Below, in pieces: positions 50,601 through 63,477 of a DNA stretch of 64,000 bases (positions are counted from its first letter, which is position 1; each line of letters opens with the position of its first letter). The translations under genes were made by a program, and so were the position numbers. Source of the stretch: Balanoglossus misakiensis (taxonomy: Eukaryota; Animalia; Hemichordata). The stretch lies in NCBI GenBank assembly GCA_040954595.2, contig CM082585.2, positions 12,528,127 through 12,592,126 on the forward strand, read 5' to 3'. Under the pieces are notes generated by a model. It ran no database searches. It saw only the letters and a list, made by a program, of their open reading frames with translations, and was not told the origin of the DNA.

Positions 50601-53600
50601 ATCAATGGGCAAATGATCGCAGGGACTGCTGATTTCGCTATCCAAATTACTACCCTCTTCAGTTATTGCTTCCAATTGACTTAAACTTTCACTGAAACTT
50701 CCCAAACTACTGGCAAACTCTTCCATGATATTTTGAGAAATTTCCAAATTTTCCAGATGTTCCAAAAGCTCCATGTGTTCAGGACTCCCCACTGGAATAT
50801 CACATTTGGGATTATCATTATTGTCACTGGAAGATTCACTACTAGTACCGGAAGCCACTTCCAGTCTATTATCCATAGGACCCATCAAATGACTATGTGA
50901 GGGGGTGGTTTTGCTTTTAGAGTAAGAAATAATAGAAAAATCTTTGCCTTCAGTTTTTTCCGGTTCCCTCGGCGATGTTGGACTCTTGTTGTCCGGAAGC
51001 GCACTCTGGTTGATGTAGTCATGCATTGAACCAGTGTTGATGTATTCGTGGGCAGCACTTTGATTTATATAGTCTCCTGTCAAAGTCTCATTGTTATAGT
51101 CATGTGACTTGTTCTGTGTGATGGTAACATTCTGATTTATATAATTTCTCGATGGTTTTGTTTCATCCAAGTCTATGCCATCTGTTAGGTCATCTTTCAA
51201 TTCATCATTGACTGTATATTCATACACCATGCTACCACTGGATACAGCTGGGCGTACCGATATTCTGGCATTTGCTTCAGGTGTCACGGGTGTCGATGAT
51301 GTCGGAGTGAAAACCGGGGTGGCTTCATGCGTCGTTGGTGAGAGTGTCAGGCTGTTGTGTAACTGACCGTTGCCAGACCTACTGCTTTGTAAATAGTTCA
51401 ACTCTGGTGTGCTCAACGTTGGTCGTTCAATCACTGCGTTGTCTGCGGTTTCAAATCTCAGTGGTGTTGTAGTTCGTGGTGCACCAAGACTCCTGGAAGA
51501 AATTCTTGAACTTGGATGCCTGCTGTAAATCACATACAGATAATTCAATGTCAGTGCAAGGTCAATGTCACAGTTAAAGCCAGTGACTGTCATGTGATCA
51601 AATTACCCGTTGCATTATGATTCCCTGTCAAAGTTTGATAGGCGGGTTGTGGATTACCAAATTACACAAATCTTGCATAGCCAGGATGAAAGACAGCAAT
51701 ACCAACAAATTAGATAATATGATTACTGATCTCACCTGGCAAATGATGGTTTCTTGTAACTCTGTCTTATTGCATCTATTACTTGCTTCTGTGTCCGGCC
51801 ACTGTCATAGAACAAAATAATCACTTTGAGGATGAAACATACAAAACAGACGGTTTTGCAAAAAGCACACATTTTCTGAAAGCCCAGATATAGGGGAATC
51901 TGATTGTGTGCGGTACACAACCATTATTTATAAAGTGGGTTATATGGCATGAGATTTTGCAGACCTTCAAAAATGCTGATGATTTCTGGTTGCAATTCAT
52001 CTAATGACAAGTCTTGGTAACATCCTTCAAAACCATGTTATGCATTATTGAAGCTGTTACACTAGAAGTCATATCATCATAAAAGTGGAAAATCACAAGC
52101 CCTTGTCCACACAAGTCAACCGACTGATTATTTCTCTCAGTTCAAAATACCATAATGCTAATGTTCTCTTCTGAATCACTTCCAGTCATGCCAGTCAAGA
52201 AAAAACAAAAAAGTTTTCCGCTAAAGTTTCAACTTACCTATACCTAAACGTTGACCCTCTACTGAACACTCGAGATCGGATTTTAGGGTGTTTGGGTTCC
52301 TGCAGTCTGAAGAATGTGTGGTGTTCTACACACACCTTCCAGAAACGCTTGGCTTCATTACGGGAACTGAGAAAGAATTCCATTGTGTCCTTGTAATAAC
52401 CCTGCTGTAATAAATCATAGCGAACAAAAAGAAACAAATAAAACCCAAAGAAATAAGAAAGAAAGAGAAAAAAGAAAGATTTTGCATCAGCAAGAGTGTT
52501 AATATGAATGCAATGGAATGTTAGTAAGATGACAATGTATGATGTGAATAGATGGTGAATCAAGAGGTGTCAAGTTTGGGATATTTCTGATGAATTATTT
52601 AATTTTACACAATTCATGGTTGCAATCATTTTTATTATCGCTGACAAATTTGACAAAGATGTATTGTCCTGGTAATATCCACAATTCATTTAAAGTGCTA
52701 TACCGTGGATTTTAATATTTTTACAGGCACAATCAAACTGTGAACTTAAATTTCACTGATGTGATGATGTATACACTGTACAATGTCATGCACAAGTGAT
52801 GCGACTTGTTTGAGTGTAAAGCAACAACACAGCTACATAAACTTACTTTACCTTGAAGTCAACATTTTACCACAAAAGATTCACAGTAACACTTACATAG
52901 CCTTCTTGGTGTAGTTTGATCAGGAATCGTTTTCTTTTAAAACTGAGCTTCCTGACTTTGGCCCAGGAAAAGGTGTTGATTCTCGTGCCATTACAGAAGA
53001 CTAAAACACCCATGTGAGCAACAGCCAAGTCCAATCGAACTCCATCATGGTCCTGAAAATGTTACAATAATCATCGAACTTTTATAATCATGACAGCCAC
53101 TGATAAAAGTAAACTCTTTTGATGAATCTTTAACTTGGTCACATTAATTCATATCATACCATATGGCTTTCAATTAAACACTACAATAAATCTTACTTTT
53201 GCTGGGTAGAGTCTGACACCATACATCTCCAATCTTCTGGCGATGTCTAGAAGATTAAAATCTGCATCAGCGGGTGTTTGACCTCTGAAAATAAACACAC
53301 ACCAAAAGATTAGTGTTTATTTCATTGAATTTTATCACTCATTAATACTAAAGATCTACTTTACATATAATGAGACTGCTTGTGGAAACTACAGTTATTC
53401 ATCAATTATGGTGCAACAATTTTATCATTGTTACTTACATGTGATTTTTGTGATATTCCTGTATTTTTGCTTCAATTGGTCTTGTCTGATTTGGTACAAA
53501 CTTGAACATTGTGATGTATCTGCCGTTGTCATGGTCCTGTGGAGTGTAATCTCCAACTTCAGCTGAAAGACAGGAAAAGAAAAGCAACGAATGACACGAC

Positions 53601-55435
53601 CAAACGATGAAATGGAGAAATGTTCATGAACGCAATGACTGCTGTTTGAATATGAAATTTATTCTGGTGATCTTTATTTTCAGTTGGCAGTTGGTTTTGT
53701 TTTTGTTGTAACAGGCATGGTCACATGATAAAAAGTTTATTGCCCAACATGTCATTTTTGAGTTGTATTGCCATGGTTTTGTGATATCAGGTGATAACCT
53801 TATGGTAATTTACACAAGGTCTAACAACAACACGGCTCCATTAGGTGTAACATTTTGGTATGTTTACAGTATTTTTGTTTTGTATATCTTCTGCAGTTTC
53901 TTGTTCCACTGCATATTTGTTCTACACTCCTTTTTCAAATTCAACCTTTCACAAGATGCTTTAGTAAACATGCTCATGTTTTTTTTTATCCAAATCAGAA
54001 TTTCTGGTTTTGTCATACATCAGAATTTGTGAACTCACCCTGTAGAATGTAAGATGCTAATAATGCAATTGTGTTATCAGAGCATGGCAGTCGACCTAGA
54101 GACAGATCTCTTTTCACCTGAAGTGAAAACAAGTACCTGAAAAAGAAGCAACAGTTTGCAAGTCAATGCATCACATTTGTGAATTGCAAAAGTTTGCAAT
54201 CAGTAGCCAATATTTAAAATCCTGCCAAGTTACTTGAAGTTTGAAAGCAAGTCAGAGGGATTGTTTTTATTGTTGTTTTGTAGTTTAAGGCAAACCAAAG
54301 AGCTTCTGGAAACATATAAAGTATTACAATTCCATACTTTATATATCTTTGTTTGCATTTGATTGTGTTTTCTATTTTGTGGCTGCTATGTACTTGAAAA
54401 AGTCTACCAGAGATACACCCATGCACAGTGTCACACACACATACAAACAACCTGGCATTAAATATCCATTTACAGACAGATTTGTAGGGATGAGTAGACA
54501 TACTTTGTAAATTCATCCTGGAGCTGTCCTGGGTCAGGATTGTAAAATTTCACGACAAAACGACAAATTGTTTTCTTTGGTGCTGAAAGTGAAAGACATT
54601 GAAAATTGAATGAATCACTGGTGATTGCATTAATATTTGATTGAATATTTCATGCGTGATTGATCACAATGGTTTGAAGACAAGGTTGTGTACACAGATG
54701 TGGCAAACAAAGTGATTTTGTTTTCCAAGAGTACATGTCTGTTACAATCATAAAGTCAGTCAGCTAGAAATACTACCAGTACAAGACAGTTTTAGTATTT
54801 GTTTTTATTTTGCAAAAGGACAGTTATAGAAATAAAACATTTATGAGTCTGACTGATCAAATTCTAGAGTTGGTATTTGGACAAATTGATTTGACTGTAG
54901 TAAGGTTATGATGTGTAAGGCCATGTCAAATATAACTAATAGTTTTTGTAAGGGTAGGATGTGATGAAATTTGGCGTATCTATGACGGGAATAGATCTGA
55001 CAGAGTAAGGGTTCTGTCAGTGACAAAGTTTGTTCTTAGGGTAACAGATTGTGACAGTGTAGTTCTGAAAAGGTTGTAGTTGACCTGTTGGTCATTACTT
55101 ACATCCCACTTGTTTTAGAATTGGCTTTTCAAGCTCCAGCCAAATCTGAAAATTAAAATAGTAACATCAAATTTAAGCAACACACAAAGAGAAGGATTCT
55201 GCAGAGAAGAAATACTAGAATTGTTAATTCAATCAGTTAATCTGATGTAGTACCATTTTAATAAACCAATCAGATGAAAGGTACCATGTCAATAAGCCAA
55301 TCAGATGAGTAATGTAACATGAACTTGACTTACATCCTTTCCTTTGTGTGTAAACTCCACACCAAAATAGTCGCACTCAAAAAGTCCTTGGGCGTGGCAG
55401 CATGCATCAAACAATTCCCTACCTGGTCCTTCTTT
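38666..55435 (-). CDS. FARP1: FERM, RhoGEF (DH) and pleckstrin-domain protein (FARP1/FARP2/Cdep-like); first coding exon not located in the window
   Basis: Exons 5'->3': 55435-55334, 55145-55103, 54582-54504, 54136-54039, 53562-53439, 53284-53197, 53052-52897, 52401-52238, 51801-51736, 51519-51368 (internal donor inferred), 45494-45343, 43697-43608, 43394-43261, 43151-43070, 41827-41641, 41495-41445, 41296-41166, 40787-40629, 40424-40308, 40073-39840, 39677-39570, 39133-38982, 38720-38666; all phases are consistent. FERM motifs [40 protein letters not shown] and [14 protein letters not shown]; FA domain [15 protein letters not shown]; DH motifs [19 protein letters not shown] and [11 protein letters not shown]; PH1 [26 protein letters not shown]; PH2 [33 protein letters not shown]. 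Probably co-orthologous to FARP1 and FARP2. Confidence 0.93.
38926..38958. repeat. (AAAC)n microsatellite
   Basis: Direct reading. Confidence 0.9.
41037..41121. mobile_element. 85-bp piggyBac-like mini-MITE
   Basis: TTAA at 41033-41036 and 41122-41125; CCC...GGG ends with an imperfect TIR (ccctctcaccacca / tgggggtgataggg). Related copies at ~5745-5812 and ~63478-63536 (inverted, partial). Confidence 0.75.
42202..43035 (-). mobile_element. 5'-truncated L1/Tx1-type LINE (ORF2 C-terminal fragment) in a FARP intron
   Basis: Open frame to the stop at 42292, with [13 protein letters not shown] and a CCHC zinc knuckle ([18 protein letters not shown]). Short 3' UTR with AATAAA (42217-42222) and an A tail. 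14-bp TSD acactgcattgttt at 42188-42201 and 43036-43049. Confidence 0.9.
49998..51519 (-). CDS. Extended/alternative terminal exon of the FARP-like gene: ~506-aa acidic, Ser-rich disordered tail (FERM-FA-only isoform)
   Basis: The acceptor (tacagcag, AG at 51520-51521) is in phase with the FA exon 51801-51736 (..KPSFAR|[11 protein letters not shown]). The frame stays open for 1.5 kb in AT-rich DNA. AATAAA signals lie downstream at 49704, 49345, 46925 and 45993. Confidence 0.72.
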
Positions 55436-57652
55436 CTGTAAAAGATAAAAACATAACAAGAACATAATGAAAACATGTCAGAACATGACAAGTCCTACAC
55501 ATCAGACTGGGATCATTCATTGCTGATTTAGTGGATCTGTCTGAAGGATGTCCGATAGAAAAATATTTGTAATCAAAGTCACACCGGTATCACAGGAGGG
55601 ATCCGTATTCATTAAAACAGAACACAACAGCAAACTGAATAATATCAGCCCCAATAAAAATGTGGCATGTGTCACAACACACTCTCATTCCAACAACTTA
55701 TGCAGTGAAATTTATTTTGTTCTATTTTAATTATTGATGGAAAAAGGTATTAGTAGATTGAACCAACCTCTACGTGCCATATGTTTTTGCGAGTGACTAC
55801 CTGATCTAAATCAAACTGGTTTATATGCCTACATTTCCCCTCTCATCTCAAAGAGTTTATTGTACAAACTGTCTTGGCCTTGAACACAATCCATCTCATG
55901 AGCACAGCCATATTTTTCTGACAAGGTTTTCAACTGAAAGGACTGTCTGCATTTCTGCTTCCGTCTTAGGGATCATATTTCATGCATTCAATGTGTCCCT
56001 ACTATCAAGCTACACGTACATAAAATTTGTGGTAAGAATTCATTCTGATTGTTGTCCAATTTACAGTAAGAACTATGGATCTTTAAAACTCAGTGAATTC
56101 AATGTATGACCAGCACCAATATTCTAAGCGCTAAGCGAATGAGATACAGGTCTACATCAGACAATGGACCGTCATAAGACCAGTAATAAATTTATCTCTG
56201 ACTTGATTTTGCAACTCTCTCTGATATCACACAACCTTGCAATCAATACATGTACAGCAGTTACCGGCCAATCTAATATCTACTTTCACTTGTTTCCATG
56301 GCAACAATGCTCTTGAGTGACTGAAACTATACTTCCTAAATGAAATACATGTACTAGCGAGGTTACAGCATCGACGGATCATTAGCTGAGGTCTTGGCTT
56401 GTAAAGCAAGATTGTCTAATATGACATTGTTTATTTTAAATTGTCTTTGTGTATTAAATGAAAGTAACATCAGAAACCCACTTATTATCAAATTCTGCGA
56501 AAAGGCACAGATCAATGGTTGTACAATCAGTTCAGATCTATATTTGGATTTTCTCAGCACATTTTCCCCACACATACATGTAATCTGGGTCATTCGTCTA
56601 GAGTTAAAACGCCACATTTTTTAAAGACACCATCTTACATTTGTACCAGGAATTTGTTTATGTTCTGCTTACTGTTATGATAGATTGAATCACTGGTCCA
56701 TTACAACTGTACTATACTTGGCATAGCTGTATGTACATTAGCCCGGAGACCAGGGCGTAGGGGAAAAGAAACGCCCGGGGACAGTCTCTATTTACGCACA
56801 GAATTCTGTGCGCAGAACTACACGGGTGGTAAATCTTGCATGTAAGCTAATTGGTCACTCAATGTAAACCAAATGACATCATCGCATTCTAAATAAGGAA
56901 ATAGACGTGGAGCCACCAAGTATGTTTTCAAAACGGGGATGTGGGAGTGGTTTTGAAGGTGTATGAATATTCATAACCAAGCTTTGTTAATTATATCATC
57001 CAACCACTGGCGCCCGTCAACATTTGATAGATCACTCGTTATTCATTCGTTACTAAGTGACCCTGATCGTTGCCAGGGCTACTATCTTTCAGCAAAGGCT
57101 GGTAATCCCCGTATTTAGTGGGAGTTGGAGGAGCCTTGATCAAACCTCAGGCTTGTTTGAAACCTGAACATTCTCTCCCAGAATCACCTGGGTCGGATAC
57201 AAAGGTTTATCACAATACATACATGTAGGTGTTTCTCTTCAGAATATAATGAGCTGTTGATACACTCCTGATCTGTAAGGGTCTGAGAGGAGAAGGCTCC
57301 CCTAACCCAGGAGCGAGTGAATGGCAAATCACAGGAACAACTGCATGGTGCCTCATAATCTGATGATGACAAAACATGCATCAGGGCCATAACCCAGTTC
57401 TATGATCTGCCTTCTTCCTCTATTTCAACATGTCTGTAAAGAGATATTTGTTTTCATTTTCTATCTTGGAAATTGCCACCCCAAAAACTACACTACAATG
57501 CATGTAGTGCTACAGTTAAAAGCTTGCTTGTAAACTGCTTAACACCTGAGACTGAATTGCTTAAGGGATTCTGACACACTTGTATGTTTTACAACCAAAG
57601 AGAATGGTATCTGAAATATGTAAGAAGACTAAAAATACTAACATGTAACCTA

Positions 57653-58089
57653 CAGTGCAGCTTAGGAATAGCTTTCCAACTGCACCAACACTGGGTCAGC
57701 TCTGTTTAAACACTGGGTCAACTCTGGGTTGGCACCCTATTGGCGCTCTAATTAGCACCTATTGGGCTTGTGTTTAACTGGGGTGTTCCAAAACAATAGG
57801 GTGCGCCAAGGTGCTAACACTGAACAATGCCAAGTGCCAGGGCCAACAGATTCACACCTTTGTAACACTTGGAACACACAGGCTAACACTGTGTGCCAAA
57901 ACAATAGGGTGCGCCAAGGTTTAACACCTTTGTAGCACATGCTAACACTGAACAATGCCAAGTGCCAGGGCCAATAGATTCACACCTTTGTAACACTTGG
58001 AACACACAGGCTAACACTGTGTTGGCTCATTATAAACACCGTGTCAGCAAGTTGTTAGCAAATTGGAAAGCTATTCCTAAGCTGCACTG
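57653..58089. mobile_element. Tc1/mariner-type MITE with an internal tandem duplication
   Basis: Perfect 27-bp TIRs cagtgcagcttaggaatagctttccaa (57653-57679 / 58063-58089); TA TSD at 57651-57652 and 58090-58091; internal ~80-bp direct repeat (~57813-57893 and ~57941-58022). Confidence 0.88.
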
Positions 58090-60091
58090 TAGTTAGCAAT
58101 GAACTGTGACCATGCATGAAACACTCGCAGCAGAAATGAATCCAATGCTTTACAAGTCACTTCAGTTGCAAGTATTGCAGGGTTTATAATAAGTGTTCAC
58201 TAGAAAACACTTTTATCAAATTATTCTTCAGACAATGAGTTGATTGAATGTAAATGTGGACACAGTAAATTTCACTTTCAGAATAGGAAATTAAATTTCT
58301 TAAGAATATTGCAATGACATACACTGCTTTGCACTTTGAGATAGTCCACTCTATAACCTTCAATCTTCATAAATGCCAACTACATCTGACATGTATAGTT
58401 CTGTGTATGCTCTCAAGTGATATCACTGATATGTTTTCGCATTAAATTGATGGTGTTTTGAGGGAAGCTGTTTATGTTGTTCCATCAAATCAGCTGAAAT
58501 AGATGAATACAGTTCAACTCACACTCTGAATTATGAAAATATTTTGATGACATAATTTCATTTGGGTATTTCCCTTACATGATGTCACAGACATAATCCT
58601 TCCATGTAAATCTTTCACACAGGAAAGTATTTGGATTATGATGTAAACCTCTATAAACTAGATATATCTGCTATTGAAAAAAATTTCCTTGTCATTTAAT
58701 GACTAGTTTGGATAGTTTTTACTGCATGGTGTATGAATTTGTTCACTACTGGTAGATTGTGTTGGTATATTAACACTGGGAGTTTTCCTAGAATATTTAT
58801 TCAGGGATTTGAGAGTACCAACAATTTGAACAGTGCACATCCCATGTCTGAACAAACCTTGTAACAGAGAGGCACATGTATGTACATGTAACAGAGATAT
58901 TCTTAGTTCTGAGTAAAGATTTTTTGGAGTCAGATTTTGATTTTCAATACACGTTTACAATGTAGATCATCAGAACACACAGGCTTACACTGTTTTACAG
59001 AATAGTTGAACTACAATGACCAGACACAAAACTAACACGATGAAAAATAAATGTGTGAACTGAATCAACATACACTCTTTATCTCTCGCAAACAAAATCA
59101 GACATAATTCATATCTGAGTTGTGAATTTCCTGGCGATAAAAATATCCCGGAAGATCAGCCATGTGCCCTCTGTGTCCTTCCAGGCAGTGAAACAAGAAA
59201 CTGGAAGTGTAAACACAATTAGAAACAGTATCCGAAAATATAGAATTTGTACACAGTGACGAGATAACAGGGGGGTTCACATAATACAGTTTATACCAGC
59301 ATTTCACAGTTGTAGATTTTCTGGTCAATGTTATATTTAAACTGGCTCAAGATAACCAATGTAGACATTTTATGTCAGATAAGTTTGGTCATGTTAGGAA
59401 GAAGGGGTATACATGTACATGTAAGTCTGATGTAATGTCTACGTCAGACAAAATATCACATGTGTGGATGCATAATGTGAGCCATGGTCAATGTGCGTGC
59501 CACACAATGGTGACTTCTCCATCATCAACAAACCCAATTTTCTCATCCAAGAGATGTTGAAGATTTCTCAGCTGGTATGTCCCATAGCATCATCACACAA
59601 AGTCTAAGGGAATTAAACAAGATTCTCTGTTAGTTCTCTAACAGTTAGTTAGACATTTCATGGGTCTGTTTTGTCAACACAGAGAAATGCCTTTCCCATA
59701 TAGGGTCATTTCCATTAGAGTATCCCTTCCATGATAGCTTCCATTAGGATTTTCAGTGTTTGCCCTTTTAGCGTAATCATATTAAATACAAACTGTACAT
59801 GGCAAACACATTAACAGGTAAAATCTAATTCAAGTTCTACCTTCTGCCTTCCACATTTTCATTTTTCCCATGATCCCTTTTATCATACATTCAATGACGT
59901 TGCCGTTTGCAGGTCGATAGATCAAGTGAAGCCCAAATTAGGTCAGTGAGATAAATTTCAATGCCTATGATGGCATAATTTAATCGCTCGCTCATGAATG
60001 GGGTGATTTATCAGGGCCTTGAAGGTGGCCCATGAGCCTACATGTAGATCAGGGCATGTCGATTCCACCCTTGCCTGTATATAAGACGGGA

Positions 60092-60153
60092 GGGCGACCT
60101 AGGTCATGTTTTCCACGAGTGACGTTGGGCGACCTAGGTCGTGTCTTCCACGA
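60092..60153. repeat. 27-bp direct repeat, each copy containing the palindrome gacctaggtc
   Basis: gggcgacctaggtcatgttttccacga (60092-60118) and gggcgacctaggtcgtgtcttccacga (60127-60153). Confidence 0.8.
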
Positions 60154-60244
60154 TTATGGTGTTCTTTTACAGTTATCTACAACATCGACAAACATAGCAA
60201 GAAATGACACATTGATTTTTAAATTTTTTTTTATTACCAATCTT

Positions 60245-60248
<4 letters not shown>

Positions 60249-60276
<28 letters not shown>

Positions 60277-60288
60277 TAACAACAACAA
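60249..60288. repeat. (CAA)n microsatellite, imperfect
   Basis: Direct reading. Confidence 0.9.
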
Positions 60289-63200
60289 TTCCTAAGCCCC
60301 CTGTGTTCTGATGTCGGTCAATCCATCTCCTTCAGTCTGACTAGTCTAAAAATAATAAGTTGAACTTTTTTCAAGAAAGAATTCAAGCTACTCCCTGATG
60401 TTGCTTTTATATTGACAGAACAATGTTTCATTAGAAATTTACACAACCTGAGTTAGCTTGAAAAGCTCGGCTACTGAATAATCATACTATATTGCATTTC
60501 ACAACAAAATCTGCAAGCACAGCTGGCCACCACACATACAATTATACCTGCTACTGTGAGCACAGCCTGACTGAATGACCTGAAACTGATATTGAGTCAA
60601 ATAGCCAAGGCTATCATGATCCTGACTTGAAAAATTACCCAAATCAAATAAATCTACCATTTCTGCACATGGCAGTTAATCATATCACAGCCAAAGACAT
60701 GGGTTATAATTTGTGGGTAAGGTCAAAGGTGAACTGATGATGAGCTGTGTTATTTTGACCAAACCTCAAAGATTGGTGCTTCTGAGTTTATAAGCATTTG
60801 TGTAAATAAAGCAAATCCCATATTATATTTTTGTTTCCTTCAATAAGGTAGGCTGCATGTTTGGTAAACTAGACTATTTCAAATATCTCATTTTTTAAAA
60901 ATTCAATGGTTTTAGTGTATCCTACCAATCTTGGTACGTTTCACAGATTCTTGGATATAAATCCTTTCAAATATTTGAGTATTTAACTGTTCAAGCTGAA
61001 AAGCCTTCGAAGCTCTAAAGTTGTTGAGTGTTATCCTCTACATACATTGAAGATTACAGCTATCCTATCCTATACACCATCATGTCATTCACAAATACAA
61101 CTATGTTGTATTATGTGGGTTTTTGTGTTGCACCTGGATTTCTGTCCATTTTCATAACCTTTACATGATCATCTATCCTGTTATTTTCTCAGTATTAAAT
61201 GCACCAGTTTGGTTATTCAGTAAAAGGCCATAAAAATCAAGCAGTTTCAAACTGAACTGTGCTCTTAAATCAATATTATGCAAAAAATTGCTTTTCTCAT
61301 AACAATGACTTGAATACCACATACCACCAAAAATACCAGGATGTGAGGTCATGAAAATGACTGAGTGACTTTCAATTGGTAGGCTATATAAATTGACAAA
61401 TGCTAAACCATTACTGATATCACAAAATTATGTAATTGAATTCTTTAGTTGGAATTGGATCCAATTCAAATCCAACATATATGATATCATGACTGAAGGC
61501 GGTAGTGTACAATATGTAAATTTACTGAACTCTAAGTCAGTACAGTTTATTATATTCTAAATTTATGAGTCTTTTAATTACCACAATAGTGAATGTTTTA
61601 GGGTAAAGGTATTTGCATTGATTCATGTATACTTCAGGTATTTCAAGTGTCTAAAATGACCAAATGATACCATATTGAAATGTACATGTATAATAATATG
61701 TACCCTACCGATAGATGGCTGCATTGCACCGAGCCCAGTCTATTAGTCCCACTGGACTATGATAGTGGGGACTAATAATTAATCTCTTATTAATAAAATG
61801 ACAAATATGATTTTCTTCTCTTAAATCAAATATCATAATACACTTTTCATCATCTCATATGATCAACATTCATGCCTTATATCATAATAATAATTGGAAA
61901 TTTATGGTTTCATTTTTCCCATAAATGCTTTATTGAACTTTATCATTCATAGAAAACCAGATTAGATTGTAAATCTAAGCAAGTTTTACACCATATATCA
62001 TACCATCTTTTGATCTTTTGAAAAGCCAATATGATAAATTCAGTAAGGACACTATCTCCATTCTGAGCTTTGCATCTTTCATTCATTCGTTTTTCCATCC
62101 ATCGATTCATTCAATCTCTTTATGTTATGTGGAACCTCGGTACATTGTACCAGTATGCAAGTATATAATATATACGTTTGTATCAAACTATAAAAAGCCT
62201 TGTGCTAATATAATAATTTTGCCTTATTCTCACTTTTCAGTTTATATATCAGACACTCCTTTATATCAGAAACATTTCTATTACATGTACCTTGATGCCA
62301 ATGTTTCTCAATCAAATAATGGGAGTCCATGCATATTTTGTGTTTTGTTATGAAATGTGCTACACAATCATGGTTGGCAGCATACATGTATACAACAACA
62401 AAATGGTAAAGGCATGCTTATTGAACCATATCACACACACAGGGTTGACAATCAGGAGTTATGAAGGATATCCATCTGAATTCATGGAATACTTGAAATC
62501 CTTCATTAGTATCCCACTGAGAATACACTAACTCTGTGTAACTGTTTCATGCCACTGGATTCATGGGGTCAAAGGACACACAACTGTAAAAGTACACCTC
62601 ATTCTCTATCTGTAAGAACAGCTGAAACTCTGGAAAAATATCCCCTGTATCTTAAATACTTGGAAAACGGGTGATAAAATAACCCTGATGCATGGCAGTA
62701 GTTCTGTTGATTAATTAATACGTTTCAGGCAACTATGTACAATAGCTGACAGCAACAATTGACAATGTAAATTGCACAATGAATTTTCTTTTTCTATATG
62801 TTCAGCATGTTATCATACATCTGTGGTCCTATAAAGATTTGTGACACTCAACAAGAATGGAAATGTGTCGCAGAGAATACTTTAGTATGTGCACTGCCAT
62901 ACATTACATACACGCAGAAAGACATATGCAGATACATGAACGCATAAATGTACGTGAACACATACCCATATATTTACACATGCACACACATAGAATTAAC
63001 TGGTAGTACCGGCCATTACAATTATCAGACCCAGACATATCTGCCATGACTTGACTGAACTATTATAATGAAAGTACATGTACATATATGCAGCTTGCGC
63101 CTTTTTATTCTGCAGTAATTAGATCATTTGCATAGCCACACAACTACTGGTACATATACTCAATATACATGAAGTGTAGTGAGAATCAGCATGTTTTATT

Positions 63201-63477
63201 GTGACAATTTATTTTTTATTATAACACAGCCATTTTGGTTGAGCTTATATATTCATGGCACCAGATGTTTTTGTAGCTGCAGTGAGCGATACAAAACACA
63301 GCAGATATACATCATGTATAAATACCCTGGCCATGCAGTCTGGCAATGGTAACCAACTTCCGCAACATACCTGCAACTACATCTTATAATATGGCCATGT
63401 ATAGACTGGGGTTCCATACATGTCAGGCAATGGGGTTGCCACATTTTGTAATAAACACCCCCCCCCCACATTCTATT

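Noticed and set aside
51520-51593. ATG start of the 531-aa ORF as an independent nested gene
   Set aside because: The first ~24 codons are intron with an acceptor; the rest is in phase with the upstream FARP FA exon.
56739-57081. Possible MITE with tagccc...gggcta ends
   Set aside because: The termini match only loosely and there is no clear TSD; likely a decayed repeat that cannot be delimited.
57789-58022. Repeat-spacer-like pattern resembling a CRISPR array
   Set aside because: Only two units, non-unique 'spacers', inside a eukaryotic MITE, and no cas genes.
61741-61776. 13-bp-stem hairpin tattagtcccact..agtgggactaata
   Set aside because: Isolated and too short for a pre-miRNA; probably a repeat remnant.
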